From Podarcis tiliguerta (lineage: Eukaryota), in assembly GCA_965153285.1 (NCBI GenBank), contig OZ229115.1: a DNA stretch of 64,000 nucleotides; one strand, written 5' to 3'. Shown piece by piece: positions 38,503-52,581 of this stretch (the stretch's first letter is position 1; every line of letters starts with the position of its first letter). The notes beneath the pieces were generated by a model that was not told the DNA's origin, searched no databases, and worked only from the letters and a program-made list of their open reading frames with translations. The translations under genes were made by a program, and so were the position numbers.

Positions 38503-38754
38503 GAGAGCCAGTGTGGTGTAGTGGTTAAGAGCGATAGACTCATAATCTGGTGAACTGGGTTCGCATCTCCGCTCCTCCACATGCAGCTGCTGGGTGACCT
38601 TGGGCTAGTCACACTTCTTTGAAGTCTCTCAGCCCCACTCACCTCGCAGAGTGTTTGTTGTGAGGGAGGAAGGGAAAGGAGAATGTTAGCCGCTTTGAGA
38701 CTCCCTAGGGTAGTGATAAAGCGGGATATCAAATCCAAACTCTTCTTCTTCTTC
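38503..38754 (+). mobile_element. Squam3-like tRNA-derived SINE, full length
   Basis: gagagccagtgtggtgtagtggttaagagcg (A box), gggttcgcatctc (B box), (CTT)n tail; short TSD ctct(ga). Confidence 0.88.
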
Positions 38755-41697
38755 CTCTGAAAACTCTGAAACTTTTATTCCTTGGTATATAATGTTTACA
38801 CTTTCATCATGCAACCCAACTTCCCTGACTGTCATCCTTAAGTTTATCACTTATGGGGAACACAACCTAAGGCCAGCACTTCCTCCATAGGTACAGTCTA
38901 GCTTAATCTTTACAAAAAAAAATTCCCTGTGTACAATGTGATATGAATAATAGGCCTTGGTCTTTTATTTACATAGGCAGAGGCACTGGGAATCCAAATC
39001 TGACAGAAAAACTAAGGAACAGATTTTTCCTTCAAATGGGTATAAATGACATGGGGAACAGACCTGTCAAATTTATAGCTGCCATGCCTTGCACAGCACT
39101 GTACACATACATTGCAGCCCACCAGGCGCTTGATTAAGTCCCTGATTCTTTTTTGCCCCAGAAAGGCTGCAGACACGTGGTTTATCAAGCATCTGGCAGG
39201 CCAATTACACAGCTGGCAAGCTGCACACAGCCCAGGGGGGCCAAGCTTGGCAAACACAGGGTAGAGGATGGTCCCCTTTGATTACACCACAGCAGCTCTC
39301 AAAGCTCTATTGGCCAGCCTATTTAGCCAAATCATAACTGCTAAATAAGACAGAAATGGGACTAATTATACTTGCAAGGGTGGCTCTCCAAACATCTTTG
39401 TTTTAAAAAAATTAGATACAGATTTTTTGGTGTCAGGAAAGCTAGCTAATAAAATAACCTCCATCATTAAAGCTTCAAGTGAAATCAGCTTGTAGAGAGC
39501 TAGATGGTACAGCTTTGAGCTGATGGAACTACTGTATTTGCTAACCTCTGCCAATAGCTATCCCATTGTTTTTAAGGGGCAGAGCAATTCTAATCTCAGC
39601 TAGGCAGCAGTGAGGCTTGACGGAGCAGCATAGCCGCCACATCTGTAGCTCCATCAATCATGCCAGCCAAGGCAGAAAATGAGGGACAGGCAAAACCCTG
39701 CTCTGTGCTACCCCAGCTTGAAGGTGAATATCAACCTGGCCCAATGCTGTCATGTGTTGGCAGAGTGGCTAGCTTAGCCCCTCCATAGAGCCTCCTGTTT
39801 TGGGACTTTCTACCAGTGAGAATCCCATAGGTGGGTGGCATGGTGAGTTTGGCATCAGGTTGGTGCTAGTGGAGCATTCTGGGGCTGGGTAGAGGGACAC
39901 TACCTCCTCCAGCACAACAGATTGGGGGTTTGGATTGCAGCCTGAACGAACTGTCTCCCTTCTGAGTTATGGATGTATATTCAGCCTTTCAGCATCTGTA
40001 TTAACACACTGCTTTAGTATCAGTGATGCAAAACTTGATGAGCAAAGGCAGAGTGCTGTCAAGCCGTTACTCCAAAATATACTTCACAGAGTCAGCAACC
40101 AATCAAGTTCAAAGATATGAGTATGAATGTCCATGGATCGTCATACTGTCCAAATCTAAAAACTCTCACTGATGGCGATAGTCAGGGGCCCAGCTGTCTT
40201 AAATAGAACTATTCAGAAATCAAACAGTTTATGCAGTGAAGGGGCTTACTGAAGCTCTGATGGGGTTGAGGGTAGTGCAGCCTGAAGTAATGGGACCATC
40301 AGGTGCAAAGGCACATCTGTGGTAAGCTGGTGTATGAGGAAGGAGATCTGACTGCCCCATTCCATTAGAAAAAGGTCACACAACTGTAGCTCACAGCTCT
40401 AACTTTCAAAAGTTGATTTTTGACTGAGCAGTTGAGAATCGTTCTAAAGATAAATCACAACGAAGGCAAATTGTGCTGATCTATTTTACTTATGGCTATC
40501 ATTTCTCTTGATTAAACTTTATTCTTCAGATCTGTGTCTAAAGGGAAAAAAGAACCTGAGAGGGCTCATTCATAAGTAAGATTCCAGAGTAAACATCATT
40601 CTCATGAATTATATAATTGTCATTATCTCAGAGAGAGAGGGTTGTTGGCTTTTTAATGGCCCCACTCCCACATTTCAGGCACTCTCGCTCCAAATTTAGC
40701 AGTTATTCCCAGCTAGTCCTGACAAACAATCCTAATGGGGCAACTTCAAAAACAAGGGAAATGTATGCAGGACGCAACAGCCATGATCTTTTGTAGAAAT
40801 GCATAAGTACACAAAGCTATGTGTCCAATAGAGAAGTCTCATGGAAATAGAAGAAGATGCGGATAACACAGAGAGAAGCAGAGCTCAATAATCACAAGCC
40901 CAAGTTTTGTGTTACAACTTTAGTTAGAAGAATGAGTGCAAAAATAAAATCTCTTTTCAGTGAACAAGTCACTGACCAGTACAGAGCTCTGATTAGGATG
41001 CAACACCCACAAGTAATCAGATTAAGTACCGTATCTGAATCTCTGATTTCCAATAAAGATAAACATTAAAGAAGAAAAAATTCACTAGTGTTATTCATAA
41101 ACTTTCTGGCTGTCTTTCTCACAGTGAGGAAAAGGAGGCCAAATTGCAGGCATTATAATGGCAACGAATTTTATTTTATTTTTAAAAAAGTTGTAGGCTT
41201 GAAGCAGCTGCAAAGATTATACTTCTCTTCCTCCTCAGAGCCCATTACCAAAATGAAATATTGATTGATAATAATTCTCAAAAGGCCAACATTTCCATCT
41301 GATTTAAATTGGATATTGGAAAGCCACTACACGCAGTACTGCCAGGCAGTGGTATACATACCCAATTTTCAAACAGATGGTCTCCCACAATTAATTTGCC
41401 ACCTTGAAGTCGGAACACAGGATGTCAATTAAATTAATAGAAAATGCAGTGTTAGACTATGCAGTCTTAAAGTAAACTGAAGACTCTTTTTTTCTCCCCT
41501 CTGGGCATAAAAACTTGTACCATCTAGTGAAAGCACAGCTTTAGTTTTCTTGGCACCCAGTCAATCTTGCCCTTGGTTTTAAATAATTTGTCAGGTTCAA
41601 AAGCAACATGTCACTGCTATGCAGCTGCTAGAGGGAACTGAAGGCTGAATAATCTCACTGGGTAGTTTCAGAGTTCATAAAATGACGATATTTGGGG

Positions 41698-41737
<40 letters not shown>

Positions 41738-42723
41738 TATTGTGCTGTTTGATCTTCAAACCAACACCTTTTATTATCAGTCCTGAGTTTTGCCAGGCAC
41801 TCAAAGTTTAATATCTTCATTTTACATTCTAACACTTGCTTTTGTAGGTAACAGACTATATTATCATTAAGGCAATACCATCCAACAGTGACAAGAAGCC
41901 ATTGGGGAAAATCAGTTTTTAAGAGGTAAAGGAGAGTATTTTATTCTTCCTTTTTAAATGACAATTGAAGGGATATTATTATTATTATTATTATTACTAC
42001 TAATTTATAAATGAGGAAAAAGAGGGGGCAAAGAAAGTAAAACACTTTTCAGCTCACAATGAACATTCAATAAACATCACTACAACTATCTTAATTTACA
42101 CATATAAGCTGACATATGCCATCCAAATAGGTCCAGACAGTAATCCAATTGAAATTTAGGTTTACAAAAAGTATGTTCAACCAAACTTGGAGTAATTATA
42201 ACTGGAGGTTTTATTGCATATTTCTGTTTTGCCAGCCACCTAACCCCCTCCCACAATGAAACACTTTGATTCATCTCAAAGTATAGGCAGGCAAAGATAA
42301 ATTCAACTGAGCTTCATTCTTACACTTGACAACGATCTTTCCCAAAATGTTTTCATTAAATTATAATCATTTCCATATTGTCAGCATTTCTTTTTCTAAG
42401 ATTATGAGATCTTAAGTACCTCACCCTGTAGACAATAGGGCTACATATCAAAATCCCATGGGACACCCAAGGAAACATATACTATATGAGATCATTACAT
42501 GCCAGAGCAGCTCTGTTAAAATTGGCACATCAGTACTAAGTCAAAATCTTCACATTCCTCTGTTTATTTACTATTTCACAGAAAGAAAAGCCTTCTAAAC
42601 AGAAAAAAAAGATTTTTTTTCCAGCAGAGTAGTAGTCATGCTCATTTGTTTAAGTAAAAGCAACAATTCTATAGTATTAAAACCTAACAGCTTTATAGTG
42701 GCATAGGCTTTGAGGGGCTAGAG

Positions 42724-43044
42724 CATGGGTAGCCAAACTAAGGACCGGGGGCCGGATCCGGCCCAATCGCCTTCTAAATCCAGCCCGTAGATGGTCCAGG
42801 AATCAGAGTGTTTTTACATGAGTAGAATGTGTCCTTTTATTTAAAATGCATCTCTGGGTTATTTGTGGGGCCTGCCGGGTGTTTTTACATGAGTAGAATG
42901 TGTGCTTTTATTTAGAATGAATCTCTGGGTTATTTGTGGAGCATAGATATTCATTCATTTTTTTCAACAAAATATAGTCCAGCCCCCCACAAGGTCTGAG
43001 GGACAGTGGACCGGCCCGCTGCTGAAAAAGTTTGCTGACCCCTG
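42724..43044. mobile_element. hAT (Charlie-like) MITE with an internal 71-bp-period direct repeat
   Basis: TIRs catgggtagccaaact / agtttgctgacccctg; TSD ggctagag / agctatag; internal repeats at 42808-42871 and 42879-42942. Confidence 0.8.
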
Positions 43045-44376
43045 AGCTATAGACAGTCCTTTTCAGCAAATGCATACATATCACACTTTAAATATGTGAA
43101 CCTTTAAGGTGTCACAAGTCTCTGTGTTGTTTTCCATATATACAAATAATTTCGGGGAGGGAGGAATGTCTTCTGAAATTCTGTATCCATAACCTTTTGG
43201 TGTGGGACCTTGATTTGCAGCTGCTTGCATCACAATGCTCATCCAAAAACCCTACCACCACCAGACTGGACTTCTGTCTTTTGATAAGCATGTGGGTGTG
43301 CATCCTCCATACAGGTTACAAGTTGTTCCACAAGTAGAGCTGGGGCTGAATGTGGTTTTGCATGGGTGGAACTGTTCAAATACAACATAATGACTCTTGC
43401 TTGTCTGATAGGAAGATGTTCGTGTTTGTTTTGGTTTTTGCTTACTGCTTATTTTTTAATGCAGAGTCAAATACCTTGCTCTACCCTCTTTCACCCCTGA
43501 CCCCCACCCCCACCGACATGTGTCCCCAGAAGGTTGCCTAAGCAGCAATGTGTCCCTGATGAAAAGGATTCCCAACTCCTAGACTGCAAACTCCAGAAGG
43601 AACTGTGGAACACTGAGCATCTAGCTCAAAACGCAGGCACTTCTTTCCTATATGCTTCATCCATTTTTACCTGAATTTACTAATAAAGTACATAAACATA
43701 AAAACAAGTTTCCGCAGCACTACCAGAACTAAAACCAATATTTCTTCACCCTGACAACCCAATGACCTAGAGGCAGAAAGAACCATGAAAGCTTTCAGAA
43801 AGATAATGAATTCTTCTGGAGGGTAGAAAAACAGGTTTGGACTAAGGATGCACGCATCACTTCAATAATAGACCTTCCTACTTCGCTTTAGTATTTGTCT
43901 GGTTCACAAAAATAAGGTTAATGCAAAGGGGGGGGGCGTTGTAAACCTTCATATACTCATGAAAAGATAGCTGCAAAGGAGAGGGGTGGTTTGTTTGTTT
44001 TTTAGTATTTGAACGTAGCAGTAGCTGGACTATGCAACCAGACAACAGCAAACAACCCTGGGGCATGCCTGATTTTGACCAGATGGAACGGTGTGAGATT
44101 GGAGCATGGAACTTGTTGAATTAATAATTCAATTTTAAAAGGGCCCTTAAGCCAAATATCTTTCCCGACACCAGTTTTCTTCCCAAGAGGGGAAACATTT
44201 TTATATTGTATTGGGGGGGAGGCACCCAACGACTTCCCATTAAAAAGAAATACGGCCCTGCAAATGCATACCTGCGCAATTTATACCAGCACCTTGGGTT
44301 ACATAAATCCAGCTCTGGGAAACAGCACAATAAAAGCAAGCCAGGATTCTCCATGGTCAAGAAGGAGAAACATATA

Positions 44377-44718
44377 GGAATACAGGAAGGTGCCTTATAC
44401 TAAGTCACTAGACCATCTAGCTCAGCACTGTCTACACCACTGGTCTTCAACTGGGGGGTCACAGTAGTGGGTCACAGCCTGATCCAAGGTGGGTTGCAAC
44501 AGGGGAACTACCACCATGCAAATATGTGGTAAGAGATTAAGAAAAGGGTCCCCTGTGTGTTTTGGTTAAAAGTGGGTCCTAAGTCTGAAAAGGTTGGAGA
44601 TACTTGGTCTACATTGACTGGCACTGGCTCCTCAAGGTTGCAGACAAGGAGTCTTTCCGAGCTCTATCTGGAGAGGATGGGGATTCAGCCTGGGACCTTC
44701 AGCATGCAAAGTTCTACT
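44377..44718 (-). mobile_element. Old tRNA/CR1-tail SINE hosting a MITE
   Basis: The reverse complement begins gggaaggactgtagctcagtagtaga (A box) ... ccaggctgaatcccc (B-like box); tail ...gtataaggcaccttcct. Confidence 0.65.
44438..44606. mobile_element. hAT (MER5-like) MITE nested in a SINE
   Basis: Termini cactggtcttcaac / ggttggagatacttg; 8-bp TSD gtctacac (44430-44437) / gtctacat (44607-44614). Confidence 0.75.
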
Positions 44719-47700
44719 ACTGAGCTACAGTCCTTCCCTGGAGTTTGGAACTCCTATTTCGAGCAACTATTAAATGAGAAGGCCAGCTTTCTGCATCTAG
44801 TCAGACTAGTAGCATAAGCATGAAGTGTAGGTCTGCATGGAGGCAAAATAAAACCATTCGTGCACAAAAGGGCGGTATCAACAAGCATGGGGGAGCACAA
44901 AGGTGCACAGAAGTAAAAAATATTTAGGAGAGGGGGAAATGAACCCTAAAACAGGAAAGGGGAAAACAGAAAACCCAAAGGGGAAATGTTTAGGGAGGAA
45001 AGCTTTCCTTTGGGGGATGCTTCTAAAGAAGGGCCAAAAACGACAACAAAGCCAAAATAATCCATTGAAGGTGATACACGTCCTGTGGTACAGGGGAAAA
45101 GCATGAGGGCAGGGGAGAGGAGGACAATGTAATGGAGTATCCTGGGAAGGAGCATGGCTGGCTGACAGCAACACACTGCAGCATTTTGTTGCAGGTCTCC
45201 ACTTGTACTATTATTATTATTATATCTAAGAAAGACTGTATTTTTAAGCAGCAGAGAAAAAAGAGCTTTGTTTTTTATAGAGCACTCAGACAATCCAGCC
45301 TTCTTGTGATCTAGCTATAATTAGAGGTCAAGAAACCACCTCAGACTAAAAGTCACCTGATTTCCTCTGATGAGGCTACTCAGAAATAGCTTGCAGTACT
45401 GGGCTACGCAAACCAATTTTCAAGTAATCTCTTCACAACAATAATTACTGGTACTGGACTGGACCCTAATTTAGCATTTACCTAATAGATACATAATGTA
45501 TAAAGCTGACATGAAATCATACAGCAGCTCTTTTAAAAGTTTAATTATATATGCAGAAGTAATCCAATCTATGAAAAATGTTATAGCTGTGGGTGGTTTT
45601 CGATGCAATATGAAGATTTAGACTGCAAGCTAGGCAGACTCCATTCCTATTTTGAAGGAAAATAACACACATCTTTACAAACACTGCAAAACCAATAATA
45701 AACGGAGGGGGTGCACATGAATGAAATTTTTAACCCTGGACACGTAACAGTTAAGAGAAAAGGTGGTTTTAATATTTCTTCAATCAATCTCACCACTGCT
45801 AATGTCAGATTTTAAGGCTTAAAATTTAAGGGCTTGTCCACTCTATCAGTTCACCACTCACCAATAACAAGCTGAATGCAAATTTTACATGCAGCTGACA
45901 AGCAGTATCTACATTTTAAAAAATCTAAGCAAATGTTTTTAAGTCACAATAGAAACCTGGACTGGAACAAGTCTTCTCCTTGAAGGTGAACAATTGTTCC
46001 AAAAAGTGATTAATGGAAGCTGTATATACAGAAATCCTGTAGTACCTACCAATTAAGCAATCATACCCTTATAAACCCCTTTTTCTTTTGCTAGCCCCAT
46101 CCCTCCATTCTCCAGAATATGGGCATCTTTCTGTACCTAGTCCATTTTTAAGTCTACTTTACTCTGGGGCAAGGCAAGGAGACATAACTCAATTGCATTT
46201 TTCTATGGTAGGAATGCACATGCACAATTGTAATTTTCTACCAGCAAATTGATTGGGAGAGAAGAATGAAATAGAGGAGTGTTACTCAAATTATGGAGAG
46301 AACCAGCTCATCCCCTGTCTGTTGCCTCAGGTGCAGTTATTCTGTTGGCTGTTGACTACCATGTTGCTTGTAGTCCTTGTGAAAGTGCAGATAAATATGC
46401 ATGGTAGCCAACCTTGAATAGTTATGGCTACCTGGGAATGACTCAATGAACAATACAATTCCAAGCAAAACGCTCCAATTGCATGGGAAGCCTCTCTCTT
46501 CCAGTTCTCTGTTACTTTGTTTTATCGTTCATCTCCTTCCCTTTTCCCTTCATTTCCCCCTTGTGGGTCTTTTTTCCATTACTGTTTAGGTTGTGGTGGG
46601 TTAGGAAGCAGAGTGGACAGAAAATCTGAATTTGTTATGGACCAACCAATGGACAAAAAAATGTAAGGCTACCTTTTAAAATTCTGCAGATTAAATGTGG
46701 CAATCAGAATAACTGGCCAGTGGCCACAAGGAACAGCAGAAAAAGATGCCCGCACATAAGGAGATAGTAATAACAGAGACTGTGACACTAGATGGGCCAG
46801 ATGTGGTCCACAGGTGACCTTCTAGACTCAAGAGGGTAGGAAAGAAGGAATCTGCTGCCTATAAATCCAGATACTCCAGTTCTCTAAGAACAGAAGAACA
46901 CAGAATGATTGAAAGTAACTAAAGATATGTCAGCATAGCTGTTCCCAAAACAATCCTTGTTACATACTATGTATGCTCCTCAAAAGTAAGTGATGCATCC
47001 CAAAACACAGAACTATTGCTATATTAAAAGTTGCATTCTGAAAACAAAGAAAATGAAAGCCTGAATACCAAACCTCCAGATATCATTTGATGGAGTATGA
47101 AACCTGGAATCACAACAACACTTCAGTCCTGCTTAAGGAATATCGCACAAAGAACACCTCAAAAATATACACAATAGAAACAAATGCATGATCAACAAGA
47201 TATAAAAATTTCTAGGAAAACACCATTACCAGCAAAATAACTTATTTTTAATGCAGAGCTGTTAGGAAAACACAATTATAAGCTTCATTTATGCTAGAAG
47301 ATATAATCCAAACCCTGGTTTAAAAAAACAACAACCCAACAAACATTTGGAGCTTTATTTGTAAGAAGATGAATACAAAAGGTAAATGGAGAGAAAAACT
47401 CATTCCATGCACATTAGCCCTCCCAGTGAGTTCACAATAAAATGCTACTGTTAGAATAATCTAAATATAGTTTCAGAATGGTCTGTGCACACATTTTATG
47501 TAGATTAATACAGACACATAATAAAAGCATTGGTTGAATAGGCATGGGCTCTAGATCTCACCATAGAAAAGTCTTTAAAAGTACATGGAGTTTAATAAAA
47601 ATAAACAGTGCAAAAAGAAAGCAGCATGGATCAAAAGCATCATATTCATCAACAACAGCCCCCTGAACAGAAACCATGTTCATGTGGCTACAACTAAGGC

Positions 47701-48477
47701 AATGGAATGGCCTTTACACATGGGAAGCAAAAAAGGCTTTCCCACCAGCAACACTTTTCAGAATGCAAAAGAAATGCTGATCTACGCTGTACCAGTATAA
47801 ACAAGAATTAGCACTACCAACAGTAATTCAAATAATTCAGGTTTACATTACAGCAGAAGTCGGCTGCATATGACTTTTTTATTCATTTCTTTTTTTGTTT
47901 AACTTTTTATCGGGTTGTTTTTTTAAAAAAAGAAAATACAGATAATATTAGTAATACAAATAAGCAGACCATAGCAGGCTCGTACCATTCATATACGACA
48001 AGGTGAAGCATGTTAGGTTTATTGTAACATCCTAGCCATCTGGTTCATTACCTATAGCCAGTGTGCACATCTTAATTCACAAACAAAATTAAAAGAGAAC
48101 AGCAAAATCAACAGTTAACATTCAACTTTGTACAGCCAGATATCCTTGATGTAGTCCAAACATAGCATCTCAACTATATCAGGCAAGTATCAATTGTATT
48201 GAAGCTAATTTAGTGATCATTTTCCTGTTATGCTGCAGGTAAAGCAAAGTGGAGTATCTATGAATGGAATTGTGTGGGGTGGGGTGGACATCTACTTAAA
48301 TCAACCAAATCAAACTAAAGGCTGGTGGGGGAGATTGTTCATTCTGTGAAATGCTAGCATATATTATAAAATCAAACGACACTGGAGTAAAGCCATCCTT
48401 CTTGATCTGTCTGTGTGACCATCATGGACTTATTTGTTAATCGCTCTAAAAGGGCTATTTCGCAGACCATTTTGTAC

Positions 48478-49215
48478 TATCAATCAATTTTTTATTGTAT
48501 AAAGCCAAAGGCCTTTACAATGGACGACAGAGAATAAAAGGAAACTTTCGTCTAAAATTGTACATGTAACCTGTAGCAGTTTACAACTTAAAAAGAAATT
48601 TACAACATTAAGACTTAAAACTGGAGTGCATTCACATAGCTAGAATGGAGCTTCTTGGCTGCCAGTGCAAATTTGGCTAATTGGTGTGTAATATATAGAT
48701 GTTTATCAGCTAGGAGTTCAACTGTCACTTCCTGTACGGATTGACTAGGAAGCCAATTAAGAGTTGGCGATATAAATTTCCCCCTGAGCATTGTATACAG
48801 GGGGCAAATCAGCAGTTAGTGTGTATTGTCCTCTACCTGATTGCATCTATGTATACATTTGTGATCCATATGGGGAATTCCCCGGTATCTCCCCTTTAAA
48901 TATGCTGAGGGCATCTGTTGAAATCTTAGTTCTACAAAGGCCCTGCATAGCTGTGGGAAGGTCAGAGTCTCAAGGTAACGGGGCCTTGAGTGATTAGTCT
49001 TAATTTGGGGGTACCAAGTAGAGTAGTGGGCAGCAATGATGGATGCTCTGGCTTGGCTGGCATCCTGATCAAAACTCCCAATTTCTAAGGTCACGTGGTC
49101 TAAGGGCCAAGTAGTTCTCCATTTGAAGATTATAAGCCCTAAATTTATCTTGGCACTTTTTGTGCACAGCCCCCTGTCCTTAGTTGCTCTAACCAGCAGA
49201 GCTTAGTAAGAGTAT
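48478..49215 (-). mobile_element. Non-LTR retrotransposon 3' fragment (RTEX-like) with a C-terminal zinc-knuckle-like region
   Basis: YLETLTFPQLCRAFVELRFQQMPSAYLKGRYRGIPHMDHKCIHRCNQVEDNTH*LLICPLY fits the R..L....GRY..IP...R.C..C...E...H....CP.Y motif; the minus strand ends tacaataaa followed by (TTGA)-like repeats. Confidence 0.65.
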
Positions 49216-49291
49216 GATCCTCGTAGTTACTCTTCCCTGCACAACGAGCCACAGAACACGTTCTAGAGATATATGCGTACTTGGTTTTAAA

Positions 49292-49639
49292 AGGTAAAGG
49301 GACCCCTGACCATTAGGTCCAGTCGTGACCGACTCTGGGGTTGTGGCGCTCATCTCGCTTTATTGGCCGAGGGAGCTGGCGTACAGCTTCCGGGTCATGT
49401 GGCCAGCATGACTAAGCCGCTTCTGGTGAACCACAGCTGCACACGGAAAGGACGTTTACCTTCCCGCCGGAGCGGTACCTATTTATCTACTTGCACTTTG
49501 AGGTGCTTTCGAACTGCTAGGTTGGCAGGAGAAGGAACTGAGCAACGGGAGCTCATCCCATCGCGGGGATTCGAACTGCCAACCATCTGATCGGCAAGTC
49601 CTAGGTTCTGTGGTTTAACCCACAGCGCCACCCGCATCA
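49292..49639 (-). mobile_element. Sauria SINE, full length (subfamily A)
   Basis: tRNA head and ACCTTT tail; 14-bp TSD tacttggttttaaa (49278-49291 / 49640-49653). Confidence 0.93.
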
Positions 49640-50496
49640 TACTTGGTTTTAAATATCATATAAAAATAAACAGGCAACTTTTTAAATTTACCATCTGTTC
49701 TTCTGCAATCTTCTTTTCTTATTCATCAAACGTCGAAGCAACTTTAGTGCATTTAAGGGAATTAATTAGAAATGGCCATGGAAGCCATATTGTCTAGCAG
49801 TGTTCAAAATACCTCTATTATTCCAAAAGTAACTACGCTGAAGAACCCCTCTCTCTGCGCATGGAGCTAGAACAACATTTTCTATGAATGAATGGGTATT
49901 CATTATTTAGTTCTGAATCCCTGATTTAATAAAGCCTTCGGCAAAAGAGAGCTTCAAACACTTCCCATTATGCAGATGGAATGCGCACAGCATCAAAGCT
50001 TATGCCGCAGGAAACAGAGATGGTGCATCAAGTGACTCACACAATTCCAGAATGTAAATATTTTTAATGGTAAGTTTTTACCCTATTTAGCAATATTCAA
50101 AATCAGAAACCAAATGAGTGGCCCCCAAAATAAAATAAAATAAAATAAATAAATGTAGGGAATTGTATTCCCTTTTCAAACCAAAATTAGCAGAAGAATA
50201 GAATTACATTTCTTCAAAACAGAGTTGGCTCAGGAGAGTGAAAAAGGAAATATTTTATCTCCCAGCATGCCAAAGCTGTAAAAGAAGAGTAGGGGGGAAA
50301 GCAAGTGTTTACTGCTGCAATTTACTGTGCACGTAAAAGTCAAAAGAAAACAGAATGTTCCATAAAAATTTATTCATTACATTGACCCTCCCTTATACCG
50401 ATAGGTCAAAACCAATTTCTGATGAGTTCTGTTTTAAAAAACAAACACACAACAACAAATATTGCTAAGATTTAGCATCTCTCTGAACTCTAGTGA

Positions 50497-50595
50497 CTTG
50501 CAGCACAATCTATCCTATTCATGTCTACTTAGAAATAAGTACCAGCAAATTCAATGGGATTTACTCCCAGGTAAGTGTGTATAAGATTGCAGCCT
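50497..50595. mobile_element. ~100-bp imperfect-palindrome repeat family (probably an ancient MITE)
   Basis: caatc(c)ta..catgt.tact.agaa.taagt...ttcaatggga.ttactcc.aggtaagtgtg.ata.gattgcagcc. Decayed relatives at ~8690-8730, 12270-12340, 17100-17175, 20000-20085, 22735-22828, 28585-28672 and 28818-28910. Confidence 0.6.
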
Positions 50596-51392
50596 AAATC
50601 TTTTTTGCCTATGGAAAAATGTACAATTTTTTAAAAACAGAGAATAGAAAAAAACAGGGTTATAAATTATTATTAGTTTTAAAGTAACAGCTGTTTAAAA
50701 GATTGGTTTGGCATATCATATGCCCTTTGCTTGTGTACATACAAATGTATCAGCAACTTAATCTGATTAAGACCATACGCTCTAAAGACTTCCTGGGATT
50801 CTTCCTTTAGGATATGGATATATTGTCATGTATGGGTGGTGCCAAAATTCCCTCCTTCTGAGTTTACCACTAGATTTATCAGTCCCGTTTACCTTGTGCT
50901 GGTTGTGGAAGAACAGCAATGCATTTGTTTTCAAACATTCTTTCTAGCTTAATTTTCTTGAATTTGTAAAAGTCACCGGGAATGCACAATTTGCTCCCAC
51001 CATACTTATCTATTTCTTCCATTTATTGCAGCTTTTCCCTTTACCCTAAGCCACACGCACAATCACTCATGTGCATTCAAATATCATGCAGTTATACATA
51101 CAATCCCATTAAGTTTTTCTTTCACCCAGTCTTTCAACTGACCACCTTGCTGGCTATCATCAGTTCCCCATCACCATTGCCTTACGCACACAATCACAAT
51201 TCAGGAACAAAACAAGGTGTGTAACATTTTAATATCTGCAAGTACATGACAGTGGTAATGGGAACCGTAAGTGCTAGCAAATAAGGGAGGGCTTTAAACA
51301 GAGAACTGAAGTAAATCAGCAAGTTGATCAACTAAAAGACTGGAGCAAATAGAAGCTGCTGAGAAAAGCTGACATGATTGTGCACAAAATCC

Positions 51393-51393
<1 letters not shown>

Positions 51394-51443
<50 letters not shown>
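51394..51443. repeat. (GAAA)n microsatellite
   Basis: About 12 perfect units. Confidence 0.95.
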
Positions 51444-51444
<1 letters not shown>

Positions 51445-51920
51445 GTTTTAATTCACTCTGTCACTCATGCACATGATTTTGCTGAAGGGACATAAAACAA
51501 TGACTAGGATAAATAGAAAGCAGCAGCAAGTACGAAGTATGCACGTGCCAATTCCGTGCATAGTTAATTAGAGAAAATCTCTTTGAACAACTGGAAGACA
51601 GGCAGAGTGAAACTCTGGGCACAGCTAACCCGCAGAAAACTTGCAAGTCAGAGCAGAAAAAATCCATCCACCCCTAACTGGTAGTCAAATACTACATACT
51701 GAATGAATTAAATCTCCACAATTTGTACCAAACCATTAGACTTCTTTGAAGAGTACAAGAACGTAAGATGAACTTTGTTGGATCAGAACAAAGGAGAACT
51801 GCCTGGCCCAGCATCTTGTTTCCCACAGCAACCAAGCAAATGTCTAAGGGAAGCCCAAAAGCAGGACATGAAGGCAATAGGCCTCTTTTGTTGCTGCTCC
51901 AAAGGAGTTGCCTCTGATCC

Positions 51921-52201
51921 TAAGGCCCGTGGGCCACAAACAGCCCATGGGGGTCGTTTAACTGGCCCACGAGCTGCCCCCAACTGAGCCGCCCGCTTAG
52001 CAAGTCCCTGTGTGCTGCGCTAAACCAGCGCAGTGCAGCGTGGGGATTCGCTTCCGTGGTGCTGGAAATCACGTCTACACAGATGCCAGAAATTGCACCT
52101 GCGCAGATGCCAGAAATTGTGGGTGCACGTGCAAACTGGCCCACAGAGGGATCTCCGCTGGAGTGAACCGGCCCAGGCAAGGCAAACCTTGCTGACCCCT
52201 G
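51921..52201. mobile_element. hAT MITE lacking its left TIR
   Basis: The right end ttgctgacccctg is the same as in the 42724 element; ggccc subterminal motifs; internal cagatgccagaaattg occurs twice. Confidence 0.65.
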
Positions 52202-52224
52202 CTGTAGAGACACTAGCCACCATA

Positions 52225-52581
52225 AAGTAAAGGTAAAGGGACCCCTGACCATTAGGTCCAGTTGTGGCCAACTCTGGGGTTGCGGTGCTCATCTCGCTTT
52301 ATTGGCCAAGGGAGCCGGCGTACAGCTTCCGGGTCATGTGGCCAGCATGACTAAGCCGCTTCTGGCGAACCAGTGCAGCGCACGGAAACACCATTTACCT
52401 TCCCGCTGGAGCGGTACCTATTTATCTACTTGCACATTGATGTGCTTTCGAACTGCTAGGTTGGCAGGAGCAGGGACCGAGCAATGGGAGCTCACCCCGT
52501 CGCAGGGATTCAAACCACCGACCTTCTGATCGGCAAGTCCTAGGTTCTGTGGTTTAACCCACAGTGCCACCTGCGTCCCAG
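52225..52581 (-). mobile_element. Sauria SINE, full length (subfamily A)
   Basis: 11-bp TSD tagccaccata (52214-52224 / 52582-52592); head and tail intact. Confidence 0.93.
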
